Below are positions 37,973 to 45,787 of a DNA stretch of 45,787 nucleotides, one piece after another. Numbering within the stretch: position 1 is the stretch's first letter; every line of letters starts with the position of its first letter. A program made the position numbers and the translations under genes. Source of the DNA: Macrostomum lignano (Eukaryota); contig NIVC01001824.1 in NCBI GenBank assembly GCA_002269645.1, positions 1 to 45,787 on the forward strand, written 5' to 3'. The notes below the pieces were generated by a model. The model made no database searches. It was not told the DNA's origin and worked only from the letters and a program-made list of their open reading frames with translations.

Positions 37973-38595
37973 AATTTAAACAATCTGACGAGTAGGACCA
38001 TAAGCATGGTATTCTGGCATTTCAATATCTGGACTGAACGATTGTATCTAGGGAAAAGAATAGCGCTTTGGAGAGAGGCAAACACGGCACAATAATTGCA
38101 TTAATAATAAAAACTAAAAAAGTAATGATTAATGATAGCTGTGAACAAAATGATGATTGAAATAGTCGAATGCCTATTGCACCAAATATTGCTTATTAAA
38201 GCAGCAGAGCTTAATAACCACAAAGAGGACTAGAGTGAGCACACCAGTAATAGTTGAGCTCACACTGATTAATTAATTGACTAAATAAATAAATGAATGC
38301 AGAAACCTACAGCAATGGAGACCGCTGGAAGACCGCCCACCGCTGACTGAGTGAAAGCAGGCTAAAACAGTATGAAAGCAAGACTAGCACAATGTATATG
38401 ATGCTTTGTTGCGACTCAACAGAAAGGCCTATAAAAATGTGTTTGTAAGACAATTAATTGAAGCGATATAGTTAATACTTGGCGCAATTAAATAAACAAA
38501 AAGTGCAGACACAAGCATAAGCTTTGCAATTGAGTCAGCACCAATGGCGATAAGCAGACTTTATTAAATATCATATTTAAGCTGAGCCCAGGCCC

Positions 38596-44410
<5,815 letters not shown>

Positions 44411-44461
44411 CTGTATGGGGGAATAGCGGCGGGGCTAAGAGAACATACTGGGTCTACATTT

Positions 44462-45787
44462 GACTGCCGACAGCCTGACTATCGACAGACTGACTATCGA
44501 CAAACTGACTATCGACAAACTGACTATCGACAGCCTGACTACGAAAAACTGAATATCGACAGCCTGACTATCGACAGACTGACTACGACAAACTGACTAT
44601 CGACAGCCTGACTATCGACAGACTGACTACGACAAACTGACTATCGACAGCCTGACTATCGACAGACTGACTACGACAAACTGACTATCGACAGCCTGAC
44701 TATCGACAGACTGACTACGACAAACTGACTATCGACAGCTGACTATCGACAGACTGACTACGACAAACTGACTATCGACAGCCTGACTATCGACAGACTG
44801 ACTACGACAAACTGACTATCGACAGCCTGACTATCGACAGACTGACTACGACAAACTGACTGCCGACAGACTGACTATCGACAGACTGACTATCGACAAA
44901 CTGACTATCGACAGCCTGACTATCGACAAACTGACTACGACAAACTGACTATCGACAGACTGACTGCCGACAGACTGACTATCGACAAACTGACTACGAC
45001 AAACTGACTATCGACAGCCTGACTATCGACAGCCTGACTATCGACAGACTGACTATCGACAAACTGACTATCGACAAACTGACTATCGACAGTCTGACTA
45101 TCGACAGACTGACTACGACAAACTGACAATCGACAGACTGACTGCCGACAGACTGACTATCGACAAACTGACTATCGACAGCCTGACTATCGACAGACTG
45201 ACTATCGACAGACTGACTATCGACAGACTGACTACGACAAACTGACAATCGACAGACTGACTGCCGACAGACTGACTATCGACAAACTGACTATCGACAG
45301 CCTGACTATCGACAGACTGACTATCGACAGACTGACTGCCGACAGACTGACTATCGACAGACTGACTACGACAAACTGACAATCGACAGACTGACTGCCG
45401 ACAGACTGACTATCGACAGACTGACTATCGACAGACTGACTACGACAAACTGACAATCGACAGACTGACTGCCGACAGACTGACTATCGACAAACTGACT
45501 ATCGACAGCCTGACTATCGACAGACTGACTACGACAAACTGACTATCGACAGCCTGACTATCGACAGACTGACTACGACAAACTGACTATCGACAGCCTG
45601 ACTATCGACAGACTGACTACGACAAACTGACTATCGACAGCCTGACTATCGACAGACTGACTACGACAAACAACATGAACTCGACAGCCTGACTATCGAC
45701 AGACTGACTACGACAAACTGACTATCGACAGCCTGACTATCGACAGACTGACTACGACAAACTGACTGCCGACAGACTGACTATCGA
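44462..45787. repeat. 14/15-bp minisatellite (gactgactatcgaca) with a ~44-bp higher-order unit, cut by the window end, in a PKN intron
   Basis: Direct periodicity seen. Confidence 0.96.

Overview
Eukaryotic (metazoan, probably invertebrate) genomic DNA. It is not prokaryotic: no operons, rRNA, genuine tRNA genes or CRISPR arrays. Five spliced protein-coding genes can be rebuilt by hand from GT-AG junctions with matching intron phases: (1) a 3-exon BK/Slo-type K+ channel (minus, 6983-2075, two 1-nt frameshifts); (2) an AIG1/ADTRP-family membrane hydrolase (plus, 12242-16443); (3) NPC2 (minus, 21792-19457); (4) a 5-HT2-like aminergic GPCR with a polyQ tract (plus, 24282-31314); (5) a 5'-truncated protein kinase N (minus, 44410-38596, apparent frameshifts). 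About 14.5 kb (~30%, summed from my own coordinates) is 19 tandem arrays with distinct units, many filling introns almost end to end. Also present: one hAT-type MITE with a perfect 8-bp TSD and two copies of a tRNA-derived SINE. GC-rich codons, minisatellite-filled introns and homopolymer indels would fit a long-read assembly of a flatworm such as Macrostomum; this is inference and was not verified. The most unusual item is a 19-copy tandem amplification of the 3' splice site of the last AIG1 exon, where only the last copy gives a full-length protein.
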